DNA of 24,000 bases from the NCBI GenBank assembly GCA_017521565.1, contig JAFXCE010000033.1, positions 31,920-55,919 on the forward strand, in the 5' to 3' direction. Under the pieces are notes generated by a model. It did no database searches. It worked only from the letters and a program-made list of their open reading frames with translations, and was not told the DNA's origin. Of the stretch, positions 15,931 through 23,320 are shown piece by piece. The stretch's first letter is position 1, and every line of letters starts with the position of its first letter. The translations under genes were made by a program, and so were the position numbers. This stretch comes from Clostridia bacterium. GTDB taxonomy: Bacteria > Bacillota > Clostridia > Christensenellales > Aristaeellaceae.

Positions 15931-16470
15931 ATGAGTGAGATGTACTGTTTTCAGCGCGCGCAGGAGACGGATATTGCGCGGGTGATGGAGATGATTGAAG
16001 CGCGTATCCGCTGGATGGATGCATGTGGAATTGAGCAGTGGAACAAAAATGGTTATCTGAGCGCCTATCCCGAGGCCTATTACCGCGAGGAACTGGAAAG
16101 CCGCAGGCTGTATGTGCTGCGCGGCGAAACGACAAAACGCGTCTATGGCGCGCTCGTGCTGCGCGAGAGTGATGAAAACTGGGACGACGGAGAAAGCGCA
16201 TTGTATGTGAACAATCTGGTGGCCGATCTGCACGAGAAGGGAGCGGGGCTGTACATGCTCAGCTTCTGCGATGTGCTCGCGCGTGCCAAAGGAAAGAGCT
16301 ATCTGCGCCTTGACTGTGACAAGAGCAACGAAAAGCTCAACCGCTATTATGCGCTTCAGGGTTTTGTGGCGGTCGGGGAATGCACGGATGGTCCGTATAC
16401 GGGCATTCGCCGCCAGAAGGACTTGACAAAGGGCTGCAATTGCTGCAGCAGCGAACAAAAAACAGAATAA
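15931..16470 (+). CDS. GNAT-family N-acetyltransferase
   Basis: 179 aa. GAGLYMLSFCDVLARAKGKSYLRLDCDKSNEKLNRYYALQGF is a typical GNAT motif A/B region. GGAAGG lies upstream. Confidence 0.8.
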   Translation: MSEMYCFQRAQETDIARVMEMIEARIRWMDACGIEQWNKNGYLSAYPEAYYREELESRRLYVLRGETTKRVYGALVLRESDENWDDGESALYVNNLVADLHEKGAGLYMLSFCDVLARAKGKSYLRLDCDKSNEKLNRYYALQGFVAVGECTDGPYTGIRRQKDLTKGCNCCSSEQKTE

Positions 16471-16473
16471 GAT

Positions 16474-16516
16474 AACAGGCTGCCGCGCAGAGTCCGATCT
16501 GCAGCGGCAGCCTGTT
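16474..16516. terminator. hairpin between convergent genes (GNAT / sugar acetyltransferase)
   Basis: 13-bp stem AACAGGCTGCCGC / GCGGCAGCCTGTT with inner GCAG/CTGC pairing. The T tracts are weak on both sides. Confidence 0.55.
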
Positions 16517-16534
16517 TCAAATCCTGTCGATGGT

Positions 16535-17176
16535 TTATTTGTCCCAATCCTCGTTGATCTTCATGCCGGGACGGTAGTAGATCTTGTCCTCATCGGTGAT
16601 CTCGCGCATCACGCGGCAGGGGACGCCGCAGGCGACGACGTTATCGGGGATGTCCTTGGTGACGACGCTGCCCGCGCCGATGACGCTGTTTTCGCCGATG
16701 GTGACGCCGGGCATGATGGTCACGTTGGAGCCGATCCAGACATGATCCTTGATCACGACGGGCAGAGAGAACTGCGCGCCCTTATCGCGGAAGGAGGGAT
16801 GGAGCGGGTGGCCGGTGGTGGAGATGACGACATTGGGTGCGAACATGACGTAGCTGCCGATATGGCATTCGCCATCGTCCACGACCGTCAGGTTGAAGTT
16901 GGCATAAACATGGCTGCCCATGTGGGTGTTGCTGCCATAGGCGAAGTGGATCGGCGCTTCCATCCAGATGTGGCTGCCATGGCTGCCCAGCAGCTTACCC
17001 AGAAGTTCGCCCTTGCGCTCAAGATCGGTCGGGCGGGTATTGTTGTAGTCAAAGCAGAGATCCTTGGCCAGCTGACGCTGGTTTTCGGTTTCGATTTCGT
17101 AGGCCTTGTCCTCCTCGGAAGAATGGCCGAATTCCACGTAGACCTTGCCGGTCTGCATCTGTTCTTTCAGGCTCAC
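16535..17176 (-). CDS. maa: sugar O-acetyltransferase of the Maa/LacA type (hexapeptide-repeat left-handed beta-helix)
   Basis: GTG start 8 nt after AGGAGG. The N-terminus is Maa-like (SLKEQMQTGKVY...DYNNTRP). The hexapeptide region is HVWIGSNVTIMPGVTIGENSVIGAGSVVTKDIPDNVVACGVPCRV. Confidence 0.88.
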   Translation of the reverse strand: MSLKEQMQTGKVYVEFGHSSEEDKAYEIETENQRQLAKDLCFDYNNTRPTDLERKGELLGKLLGSHGSHIWMEAPIHFAYGSNTHMGSHVYANFNLTVVDDGECHIGSYVMFAPNVVISTTGHPLHPSFRDKGAQFSLPVVIKDHVWIGSNVTIMPGVTIGENSVIGAGSVVTKDIPDNVVACGVPCRVMREITDEDKIYYRPGMKINEDWDK

Positions 17177-17208
17177 GCAGGCATCCTCCTGTGTTTTTTG
17201 ATGTGTTC

Positions 17209-17237
17209 ATTGTAGCATACCGTGCGGCGCCGTTCAA
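17209..17237 (-). promoter_or_regulatory. candidate sigma-A promoter (extended -10) for the acetyltransferase gene
   Basis: On the minus strand: TTGAAC (17237-17232), 17-nt spacer ending in TGc, TACAAT (17214-17209). Confidence 0.5.
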
Positions 17238-17241
17238 TCAC

Positions 17242-17270
17242 TTGAACGCGCTGTTTTTGCATGATATAAT
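17242..17270 (+). promoter_or_regulatory. candidate sigma-A promoter (extended -10) for the GH2 gene
   Basis: TTGAAC (17242-17247), 17-nt spacer ending in TGa, TATAAT (17265-17270). Its -35 box sits back-to-back with the -35 of the divergent promoter. Confidence 0.55.
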
Positions 17271-17300
17271 GAAACCAGCAAAAGAAAGAAGGGATTCGTT

Positions 17301-19025
17301 ATGGATTCTAATCAGCTCATGACTCCGTGGGGCGAGACGCTGGATCCGCAGAATGTCCTGGGGGAGTATCCACGCCCGCAGATGGTGCGTGATTCCTATG
17401 AAAACCTGAACGGCTATTGGGAATGTGCGTTCACAGCGGAGGGCGAAAAGCCCGATGCATGGCAGCGGATTCTGGTGCCGTTTTCCCCGGAGGCGCCGCT
17501 TTCCGGCGTGAATCGTGCGCTCAAGCCGGAGGAGGTGCTCTGGTACCGCCGCAGCCTTCCAAAGCTGAACGCGCAGGGCGGCAGGGTGCTGCTGCATTTC
17601 GGCGCGGTCGATCAGCAGGCGGAGGTCCTTGTAAACAGCGTGAAGGTTGCCGAGCACTTGGGCGGATACACGCCTTTCTCTGCGGATATCACCGATGCGC
17701 TCAAAAGTGGTGAAGGCGAACTGCTCGTCCGTGTGAAGGACGATTCGGACAGCTCATGGCATAGCCGCGGCAAGCAGAAGACCGCGCGCGGCAATATCTG
17801 GTATACGCCGCAGAGCGGCATCTGGCAGACGGTATGGATGGAGCGCGTACCGGCGAATTACATCACGGATCTGCATATCACCCCTCTCTTTGAGCAGAAG
17901 GCCTGCCGGATCATCGTGAATACGAACACCCCTGCGCAGGTGAACGTTGCGTTTGAGGGAAAGACCTATACAGGCAGAAGCGGCGAGGCGATCATTGTGA
18001 CGCCGCAGGAGTTTATCCCGTGGCATCCGGATGAGCCGCATCTGTATGATTTTGAAGCGGCATGCGGCGAGGACCGCGTGAAGAGCTATTTTGCGCTGCG
18101 CAGCATCTGCGTGAAGGAGGACGAATTCGGCGTCAAACGCCTGCACCTCAACGGAGAACCGTACTTCCATGTCGGCATGCTGGATCAGGGCTACTGGCCG
18201 GATGGCCTGTATACCGCGCCGAGCGACGAGGCGCTGATCTATGACATTCAGCTGGCGAAGGACATGGGCTTTAACATGCTGCGCAAGCATATCAAGATTG
18301 AGCCGCTTCGCTGGTACTATCACTGTGACAGGCTTGGCATGCTCGTATGGCAGGACATGATCAACGGCGGACGAAAGGACTATAACCTGCTGGTGATCAC
18401 GGCGCCGCTGTTTACCGGCCTTGCGCTCAAGGACAGCCACTACAGTTGGTTCAAGCGCCAGGACGCGCAGGGGCGCGAGGAATACTACAAGGAGCTTGAC
18501 GAGATGATCCGTCACCTTTACAACTGTCCGTCCATCGTCATGTGGGTGCCGTTTAATGAGGGATGGGGACAGTTTGACGCGGCGGAGGCTGTGCGGCGCA
18601 TTAAGACGCTGGACACGACCCGCACGATTGATCACGCCAGCGGCTGGCATGATCAGGGGATCGGCGATTTCAAGAGCCTGCATGTGTACTTTAAGCCCTA
18701 TAAATTCAGCGGCGATAAACTCGGACGCTGCGAGATCCTTACGGAGTTTGGCGGCTACAGCTTCCCGGTTGAGGGGCATCTTTTCAATACTGAGAAGGCC
18801 TTCGGCTATAAGAAGATCGCTTCGCTTGATGAGCTGGCTGCGGCGTATCAAAAGCTTTACGACGAGGAGATTATCCCGGTCAAGGAGAAGGGCCTGTCGG
18901 CTACGGTTTATACGCAGGTCAGCGACGTTGAGGATGAGATTAACGGTGTTGTGACGTATGACCGCAAGGTGGTCAAGTTTAATCCTGCATTCATGCGCGC
19001 CATTCATGGCCAGCTTCAGGACTGA
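17301..19025 (+). CDS. glycoside hydrolase family 2 protein (beta-galactosidase/beta-glucuronidase/mannosidase-like)
   Basis: Sugar-binding-domain motifs are present (LLHFGAVDQQAEVLVNSVKVAEHLGGYTPFSADIT). The TIM-barrel region reads FNMLRKHIKIEP...CDRLGMLVWQDM. The acid/base region reads MWVPFNEGWG. Confidence 0.88.
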   Translation: MDSNQLMTPWGETLDPQNVLGEYPRPQMVRDSYENLNGYWECAFTAEGEKPDAWQRILVPFSPEAPLSGVNRALKPEEVLWYRRSLPKLNAQGGRVLLHFGAVDQQAEVLVNSVKVAEHLGGYTPFSADITDALKSGEGELLVRVKDDSDSSWHSRGKQKTARGNIWYTPQSGIWQTVWMERVPANYITDLHITPLFEQKACRIIVNTNTPAQVNVAFEGKTYTGRSGEAIIVTPQEFIPWHPDEPHLYDFEAACGEDRVKSYFALRSICVKEDEFGVKRLHLNGEPYFHVGMLDQGYWPDGLYTAPSDEALIYDIQLAKDMGFNMLRKHIKIEPLRWYYHCDRLGMLVWQDMINGGRKDYNLLVITAPLFTGLALKDSHYSWFKRQDAQGREEYYKELDEMIRHLYNCPSIVMWVPFNEGWGQFDAAEAVRRIKTLDTTRTIDHASGWHDQGIGDFKSLHVYFKPYKFSGDKLGRCEILTEFGGYSFPVEGHLFNTEKAFGYKKIASLDELAAAYQKLYDEEIIPVKEKGLSATVYTQVSDVEDEINGVVTYDRKVVKFNPAFMRAIHGQLQD

Positions 19026-19043
19026 CACATAGAGATATACACG

Positions 19044-19073
19044 GACTGTCCGGTATCCGGGCAGTCTTTTTTT
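19044..19073 (+). terminator. intrinsic terminator after the GH2 gene
   Basis: 10-bp stem GACTGTCCGG / CCGGGCAGTC (one G-U pair), 3-nt loop, then seven Ts. Confidence 0.8.
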
Positions 19074-19149
19074 GCATGTGCCCGCATACGTTTGAAAGCG
19101 GCCGGCATACTGACGGCGGCAATCGGATGGACAAAGGGAGGGACGGCGC

Positions 19150-20652
19150 ATGGGACTGGAGCTGACGCGGGATACGCTGCGCTTTGAACGGTTTGCGGGG
19201 CGCGGCGAGGAACAGGTGACCATTGAAGGGGAGGCGACGCTGCCGGGCAGTATGCGCGACGCCGTGACCGTGCTGAGCGTGCAGGCGCAGGCGCATCTGA
19301 CGGATGCGCAGGCAGGAAACGGAGAAGCCGGGGTACGCGGGCGGGTGTGCTTTCAGGTGCTTTATACGCAGGGGGATCTGACGCGGATCCGCACGCTGGA
19401 GACCACCTGCGATTTTTCACATACGCTGCCGCTTTTGGGCGCGCAGCCGGGAATGCGGCTGAATGCGGATGCCGTTGTTCAGGAGACGGAAGGGAGCGCT
19501 GGAAGCGGGAGGATCACGCTGAGGGCATTGCTTGAGATTCGGCTCGAGGTCTTTGAGGTTTCGGAGCGTGAGTTGATTTCCGGCGCATCCATGCCGGATC
19601 AGCCGGAGAACCTGCAGCTGCGGATGCAGAGGATCTCCTGCTGCATGGCGGAAAACATCGGCAGGGGAAGCGTGACAGTGCGTGAAGAGTTTGATCTTCC
19701 GCAGCGTCTGGGCGTGGGCGAGGTGCTCTGTGCCACGGCGACAGCGACGGCGGGGGAACCGGCTGGCGGAAACGGCCGCGTTTCAGTATCGGGTGTGATT
19801 GAACTGCATGTGCTTCACAGGCCTAAAAACGGTGGAGACGCGCTGATTCCCACCGTTCATGAATTGCCTTATGAGCTAAGCATAGACGCCAGAGTACCTG
19901 AGGGTGTGCTGCCGCAGGCCATTGCGGAGGTAACCGATGTGATGGCAGATTCGGTGGAGAGTGAAAGAAACCGAACGCTGCGCGCGGAGGCAGAGGTCAG
20001 GGTGACGCTGCGATTGTGCAGCGAAAGAGAAATGGAAGCGGTTGAGGACCTTTACAGCTTGAGCGGTCCGGTACTTGAGCCTGTGTCGGAAGAGTTGGAA
20101 CTGCATACAGCCGAGGCGGCGGCGGATGTGCGGGAGAGCGTGCGCATTCAGGCGGCGCTGGGTCCGGATGCGCCGCCTGCCGGTCTGGTGCTGGCAGCCT
20201 TTGCACAGCCGACGCTGACAGGGCTGACGCCGTCCGGGCGGAGGCTTGACGCGGAGGGCATTATGAATGTGACGCTGGTTTACCTGCCGCAGGATTCGGA
20301 TATTCCGTATGCGGTACACACGCGCGAGCCGTTCTCGATGACCTTCCCTGTGGAGGCGAAGGAAGGAATAAGCGGATATGCCTATGCGATTGAAACGTCG
20401 CCGGGACCGTCGACGAGTGATCGCGTGGAAATCCGCTGCGTTCTGGGGCTGCATACGAGGCAGCATGGAACGCAGCGCGTGCGCATTGTGACGGACGTGA
20501 CGCAGAATCCAGAGGAAAAACAGGAGCGCGGTTTTGTCATCGTCTGGCCCCAAACGGGAGAATCGCGGTGGGATACGGCGCGCCGGCTGCGCGTGGCGCA
20601 GGAAAGCCTGCGCCCTGCGGGAAAGAATGCATTGCTGGCCCTGCGCAGATGA
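19150..20652 (+). CDS. DUF3794 repeat protein, SipL-like sporulation protein with a degenerate LysM-like C-terminus
   Basis: GGGAGGG SD lies 8 nt upstream. The repeated beta-rich pattern typical of DUF3794 is present (VLSVQAQAHL..., GRVCFQVLYT..., GAQPGMRLNADAVVQE...). The C-terminal FVIVWPQTGESRWDTARRLRVAQESL is LysM-like. The family call is from memory. Confidence 0.7.
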   Translation: MGLELTRDTLRFERFAGRGEEQVTIEGEATLPGSMRDAVTVLSVQAQAHLTDAQAGNGEAGVRGRVCFQVLYTQGDLTRIRTLETTCDFSHTLPLLGAQPGMRLNADAVVQETEGSAGSGRITLRALLEIRLEVFEVSERELISGASMPDQPENLQLRMQRISCCMAENIGRGSVTVREEFDLPQRLGVGEVLCATATATAGEPAGGNGRVSVSGVIELHVLHRPKNGGDALIPTVHELPYELSIDARVPEGVLPQAIAEVTDVMADSVESERNRTLRAEAEVRVTLRLCSEREMEAVEDLYSLSGPVLEPVSEELELHTAEAAADVRESVRIQAALGPDAPPAGLVLAAFAQPTLTGLTPSGRRLDAEGIMNVTLVYLPQDSDIPYAVHTREPFSMTFPVEAKEGISGYAYAIETSPGPSTSDRVEIRCVLGLHTRQHGTQRVRIVTDVTQNPEEKQERGFVIVWPQTGESRWDTARRLRVAQESLRPAGKNALLALRR

Positions 20653-20667
20653 GGGAAGGAATGCGAC

Positions 20668-20700
20668 CCGCTCCTTCGGAGTTTCCGAAGGAGCGGTATT
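20668..20700 (+). terminator. hairpin after the DUF3794 gene (weak T tract)
   Basis: Perfect 13-bp stem CCGCTCCTTCGGA / TCCGAAGGAGCGG with a 3-nt loop, followed only by TATTCT. Confidence 0.5.
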
Positions 20701-20760
20701 CTGTGCCTTCGCAGGTTGTGCTGGATTTGGTTCCGCATCGCTTTTGTTCAAAAAAGGGGG

Positions 20761-20789
20761 TTGACAAAGTCAGCAGGCTGTCATATAAT
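20761..20789 (+). promoter_or_regulatory. consensus sigma-A promoter of the tRNA-Ser pair, with an upstream A-tract (UP-like)
   Basis: TTGACA (20761-20766), 17-nt spacer, TATAAT (20784-20789), preceded by CAAAAAAGGGGG. The tRNA starts 24 nt after the -10 box. Confidence 0.75.
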
Positions 20790-20812
20790 AGGTCTGCTGG
20801 TTCGAGCAGACT

Positions 20813-20901
20813 GGAGAGATGGCCGAGTGGTTTATGGCGCTGGTCTTGAAAACCAGTGATACCGAGAGGTACCGGGGGTTCGAATCCCTCTCTCTCCGCC
20901 A
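20813..20901 (+). tRNA. tRNA-Ser (anticodon TGA), class II, with encoded CCA
   Basis: Folded by hand. Acceptor GGAGAGA/TCTCTCC. Anticodon stem CTGGT/ACCAG with loop CT-TGA-AA. Long variable arm (TACC-GAGA-GGTA). T-arm GGGGG-TTCGAAT-CCCTC. Discriminator G plus CCA. Confidence 0.93.
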
Positions 20902-20923
20902 TATTTTTGTATTTGTAGGTCTT

Positions 20924-21015
20924 GCAGAAGTACCCAAGAGGCCGAAGGGGCTCCCCTGCTAAGGGAGTAGGCTGCGTGAAGCGGCGCGAGGGTTCAAATC
21001 CCTCCTTCTGCGCCA
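20924..21015 (+). tRNA. tRNA-Ser (anticodon GCT), class II, with encoded CCA
   Basis: Folded by hand. Acceptor GCAGAAG/CTTCTGC. Anticodon stem CTCCC/GGGAG with loop CT-GCT-AA. Long variable arm. T-arm GAGGG-TTCAAAT-CCCTC. Discriminator G plus CCA. Confidence 0.93.
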
Positions 21016-21020
21016 AAGAA

Positions 21021-21056
21021 AAGTCCTGATATTGTTAGAATATCGGGGCTTTTTTC
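21021..21056 (+). terminator. intrinsic terminator of the tRNA operon
   Basis: 13-bp stem AAGTCCTGATATT / AATATCGGGGCTT (two G-U pairs), 5-nt loop, then a TTTTTCT tail. Confidence 0.8.
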
Positions 21057-21298
21057 TTGTTTAAAAAGCGGTTTGACCACAATTCTGACCGCAACGCGTT
21101 ATGACGTCGTTTTCAGCTCATTGATGTAGTTTTGCATAATGGCAATGTCATTAAGATAATGGCATGGACCAACAAGAGAAGGACTATAACGAGAAGAAAG
21201 TCGGTATAGTCCTTTTTTTATACAATTTTGCAGAAATACTTGACAAATCAGGGAAAATGGCAGCAATATATTTGTCATGAAATGAGTTTTAGATATTT

Positions 21299-21859
21299 CT
21301 ATCCTGTCGGCCTGCTTAGCCTGCATATCCTCGCCAGTTCGCTGATGTTCATCTTCTTGGTTGCGTAAGCAGGATAATGCTTAAAGAACACTGCAGGGAT
21401 GTCTTCTTTGCTGGTGGGTTTGCGGCCAACTTTTACGCCTTTGGCTTTCGCGTTCTGCATGCCGCTTTTTACGCGCGCTCTTATCATCTGAAGCTCCAAC
21501 TCGGAAAACACGCCTGCCATTTTCATGAAGGCCTCAGACATCGGATCGATTTGTCCGTGCCGACAGTCTATGGTGATGCTGTTCACGATGACCAACCTCA
21601 AGCGTTTAGCTCGGATGATGTCGATGATCTCACAGAGCTGTTGTGTAGAGCGGGAAAGCCTGCTGACTTCAAGTGTGATGATCGTGTCGCCTTCCTGCGC
21701 TGTATCCAGAAGCATGGAGAGGTTCTTCTTGAGCTTGGCATCCCCGTGCTTATATTCAAAGATAACTCCTTCCGCTCCTGCTGCTTTAAGCTCGCGGATC
21801 TGACGGTTGATGTCCTGCTTGTCCTCGTTCGTGGAGCATCTTGCATAGCCGTATGCCAA
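21299..21859 (-). CDS. small serine recombinase (resolvase/invertase family), probably inactivated: stop within the HTH recognition helix and no convincing start
   Basis: AYGYARCSTNEDKQ contains the catalytic Ser. LEVSRLSRS and the E-helix ELELQMIRARVKSGMQNAKAKGVKVGRKP are present, followed by the C-terminal HTH ISELARICRLSRPTG-stop. The only start near the conserved N-terminus is TTG at 21859, which has no SD. The track extension to 22060 has no support. Confidence 0.7.
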   Translation of the reverse strand: MAYGYARCSTNEDKQDINRQIRELKAAGAEGVIFEYKHGDAKLKKNLSMLLDTAQEGDTIITLEVSRLSRSTQQLCEIIDIIRAKRLRLVIVNSITIDCRHGQIDPMSEAFMKMAGVFSELELQMIRARVKSGMQNAKAKGVKVGRKPTSKEDIPAVFFKHYPAYATKKMNISELARICRLSRPTG

Positions 21860-22059
21860 GGGTGAAGTTGTCAGGCTGGAGCCCAACACCAACCTGATGG
21901 CGCCCAGAACGCAGCTTCCTGTGCTCAGGGTGCAGCTCGCTCCGGGAAGGCACAGGCTTTGCTGTCTGGTATATGGCTCGCCTTCCGGTGAGGAGGCGGA
22001 TTTCAGGAGTATTCCGCAGAAGATAGTTGACGTACTTGGATGAAAGGGGAAGATAAGCA

Positions 22060-22839
22060 ATGACCAGGATTGAAGTGATCCGCGGCGGTGCAGTCCTTGC
22101 CGCTGTTTCGGGTGAACAGGAAGCGCAGCTGCTGTTTAAAGAGGCATATCAGCTGGGCGACGAGATCCGTTTTGTGACGGACTACGAATATGCCATCGTG
22201 CAGGTGGATCAGGCTGTGAAGCCAGCGCGTGTGTATCTGCCGACGTGTGAATTCACGTTCCGTCTGCCGCTGGAGGGCATCAATCCGGCAGTGTATGCGC
22301 CGGGCTCTTTCGAAGGTGAGATGCATCTGTGCTCCATCAGGCCGGATGAAGACAACAGCTATCGCAATCTTGCCCGCAATCCTGCGGATCAGCGCGGCGA
22401 TGTGACCTGCTATCCGCATGCGACTGCGAATATAGAAACACGTAACGAGAGCTGGTTCTGCGCGCGCAATACCATTGACGGCGAGCATATTGCGGATGGT
22501 CATGGACCGTGGCCGTATGGCAGCTGGGGCATCGGTGCGCGCACGGATGCGGAGTTGACGCTCGACTTTGGCCGCAAGGTGGAAGTGGATAAGATGGTGC
22601 TATATCTGCGTGCCGATTTCCCGCATGACGCTTACTGGATTCAGGGTTCCGTTTTGCTGGATGACGGCGCTGAGATTACTTTCCCGCTGGAGGGAATCAA
22701 TGGTCCGCAGGCCATCGACCTTGGCGGCAAGCATCAGATCCGCAGCCTGAAGCTGTATAAGCTGATCAAGTGCGATAATCCGTCCGCATTCCCGTCGCTT
22801 CGCCAGATTGAGGTGTACGGCACAGCGGTTGAGCGCTGA
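22060..22839 (+). CDS. hypothetical protein with a C-terminal galactose-binding-like (discoidin/CBM-type) domain
   Basis: AAGGGGAAG SD-like sequence lies upstream of ATG 22060. The C-terminal pattern is ELTLDFGRKVEVDKMVLYLRADFPHDAYW...IRSLKLYKL...FPSLRQIEVYG, typical of F5/8-type-C-like carbohydrate-binding modules. The function is a guess. Confidence 0.65.
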   Translation: MTRIEVIRGGAVLAAVSGEQEAQLLFKEAYQLGDEIRFVTDYEYAIVQVDQAVKPARVYLPTCEFTFRLPLEGINPAVYAPGSFEGEMHLCSIRPDEDNSYRNLARNPADQRGDVTCYPHATANIETRNESWFCARNTIDGEHIADGHGPWPYGSWGIGARTDAELTLDFGRKVEVDKMVLYLRADFPHDAYWIQGSVLLDDGAEITFPLEGINGPQAIDLGGKHQIRSLKLYKLIKCDNPSAFPSLRQIEVYGTAVER

Positions 22840-22953
22840 TTCCGCTGACCGGGAAGCCTGTATGGTGAATTAGATTGAATGCAAATAAAGGGTTTGCCAT
22901 AACGCTTTCCGGATCTATTTTGGTTTCTCCGGCATATTTCTGTATCTTCATGC

Positions 22954-23000
22954 AAAGCACCTCCGGTCGTAGCGATCCTGCGACTGAAGGTGCTTTTCTT
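22954..23000 (+). terminator. probable intrinsic terminator about 115 nt downstream of the 22060..22839 gene
   Basis: Stem AAAGCACCT (22954-22962) / AGGTGCTTT (22988-22996) with inner GTCG/CGAC pairing, followed by TTTTCTT. Confidence 0.5.
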
Positions 23001-23320
23001 CAATATCTATTTTTGAGGAAGGATTCAATTCAGAGTTACTTCTTCTTTCGGGAATTGTTGTGTGAAGAGGGATTTGAACTGGCCGGGCCGACTGCGGGGC
23101 ATTGGGTGGCAGGCGCAAAACCTCTCTTTCGCGCAGGAAGAAGTCCTGACATTCATCATACATCACAGCCTTTTGTTTTGCAGATCTATTTGGAGCTCTG
23201 CCGGATCAGAGCATTTTGCAGCATTTCAGGTTGTTGCGTTATATATAAATCCATCAGAGGCGGGGTGGGGAGGAAAACCTTTTTACAGCGCGGAAAAGGT
23301 CTGATTGTGAATTTTCAGAC

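Noticed and set aside
15282-16458. Minus ORFs 15282..15932 (216 aa) and 15904..16458 (184 aa) opposite the SseB-like and GNAT genes
   Set aside because: They are R/H/L-rich shadow frames. The plus-strand genes have a promoter, SDs and family motifs.
17754-19223. 489-aa minus ORF opposite the GH2 gene
   Set aside because: It is a shadow frame. The plus strand has GH2 catalytic motifs and flanking promoter and terminator.
19876-20751. 291-aa minus ORF opposite the DUF3794 gene
   Set aside because: It is an R/Q/P-rich shadow frame. The plus frame has an SD and the DUF3794-type repeat pattern.
21860-22060. N-terminal extension of the recombinase ORF to TTG 22060 (track ORF 21299..22060)
   Set aside because: Serine recombinases begin a few residues before the (A/I)GYxR(V/C)S(T) motif. 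The extra 67 codons are low-complexity, start at TTG with no SD, and run through the neighbouring gene's control region.
23101-23116. T-box-like element ATTGGGTGGCAGGCGC (UGGC could pair with the GCCA end of the adjacent tRNA-Ser species)
   Set aside because: The rest of the T-box consensus (GGUGGNACCGCG) is not matched. I found no stem I/specifier architecture or terminator/antiterminator pair. The downstream gene (TorD-like chaperone) is not a T-box-type target.
22766-23166. Two minus-strand small ORFs with an ATGA overlap (22948..23166, 72 aa; ATG 22951 to 22766, 61 aa) and an apparent GGAGGTG SD
   Set aside because: The supposed SD is simply one arm of the plus-strand terminator hairpin (22954-22996). 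The second ORF overlaps the convergent gene's 3' end by about 25 codons. Both peptides are low-complexity with no recognisable fold.
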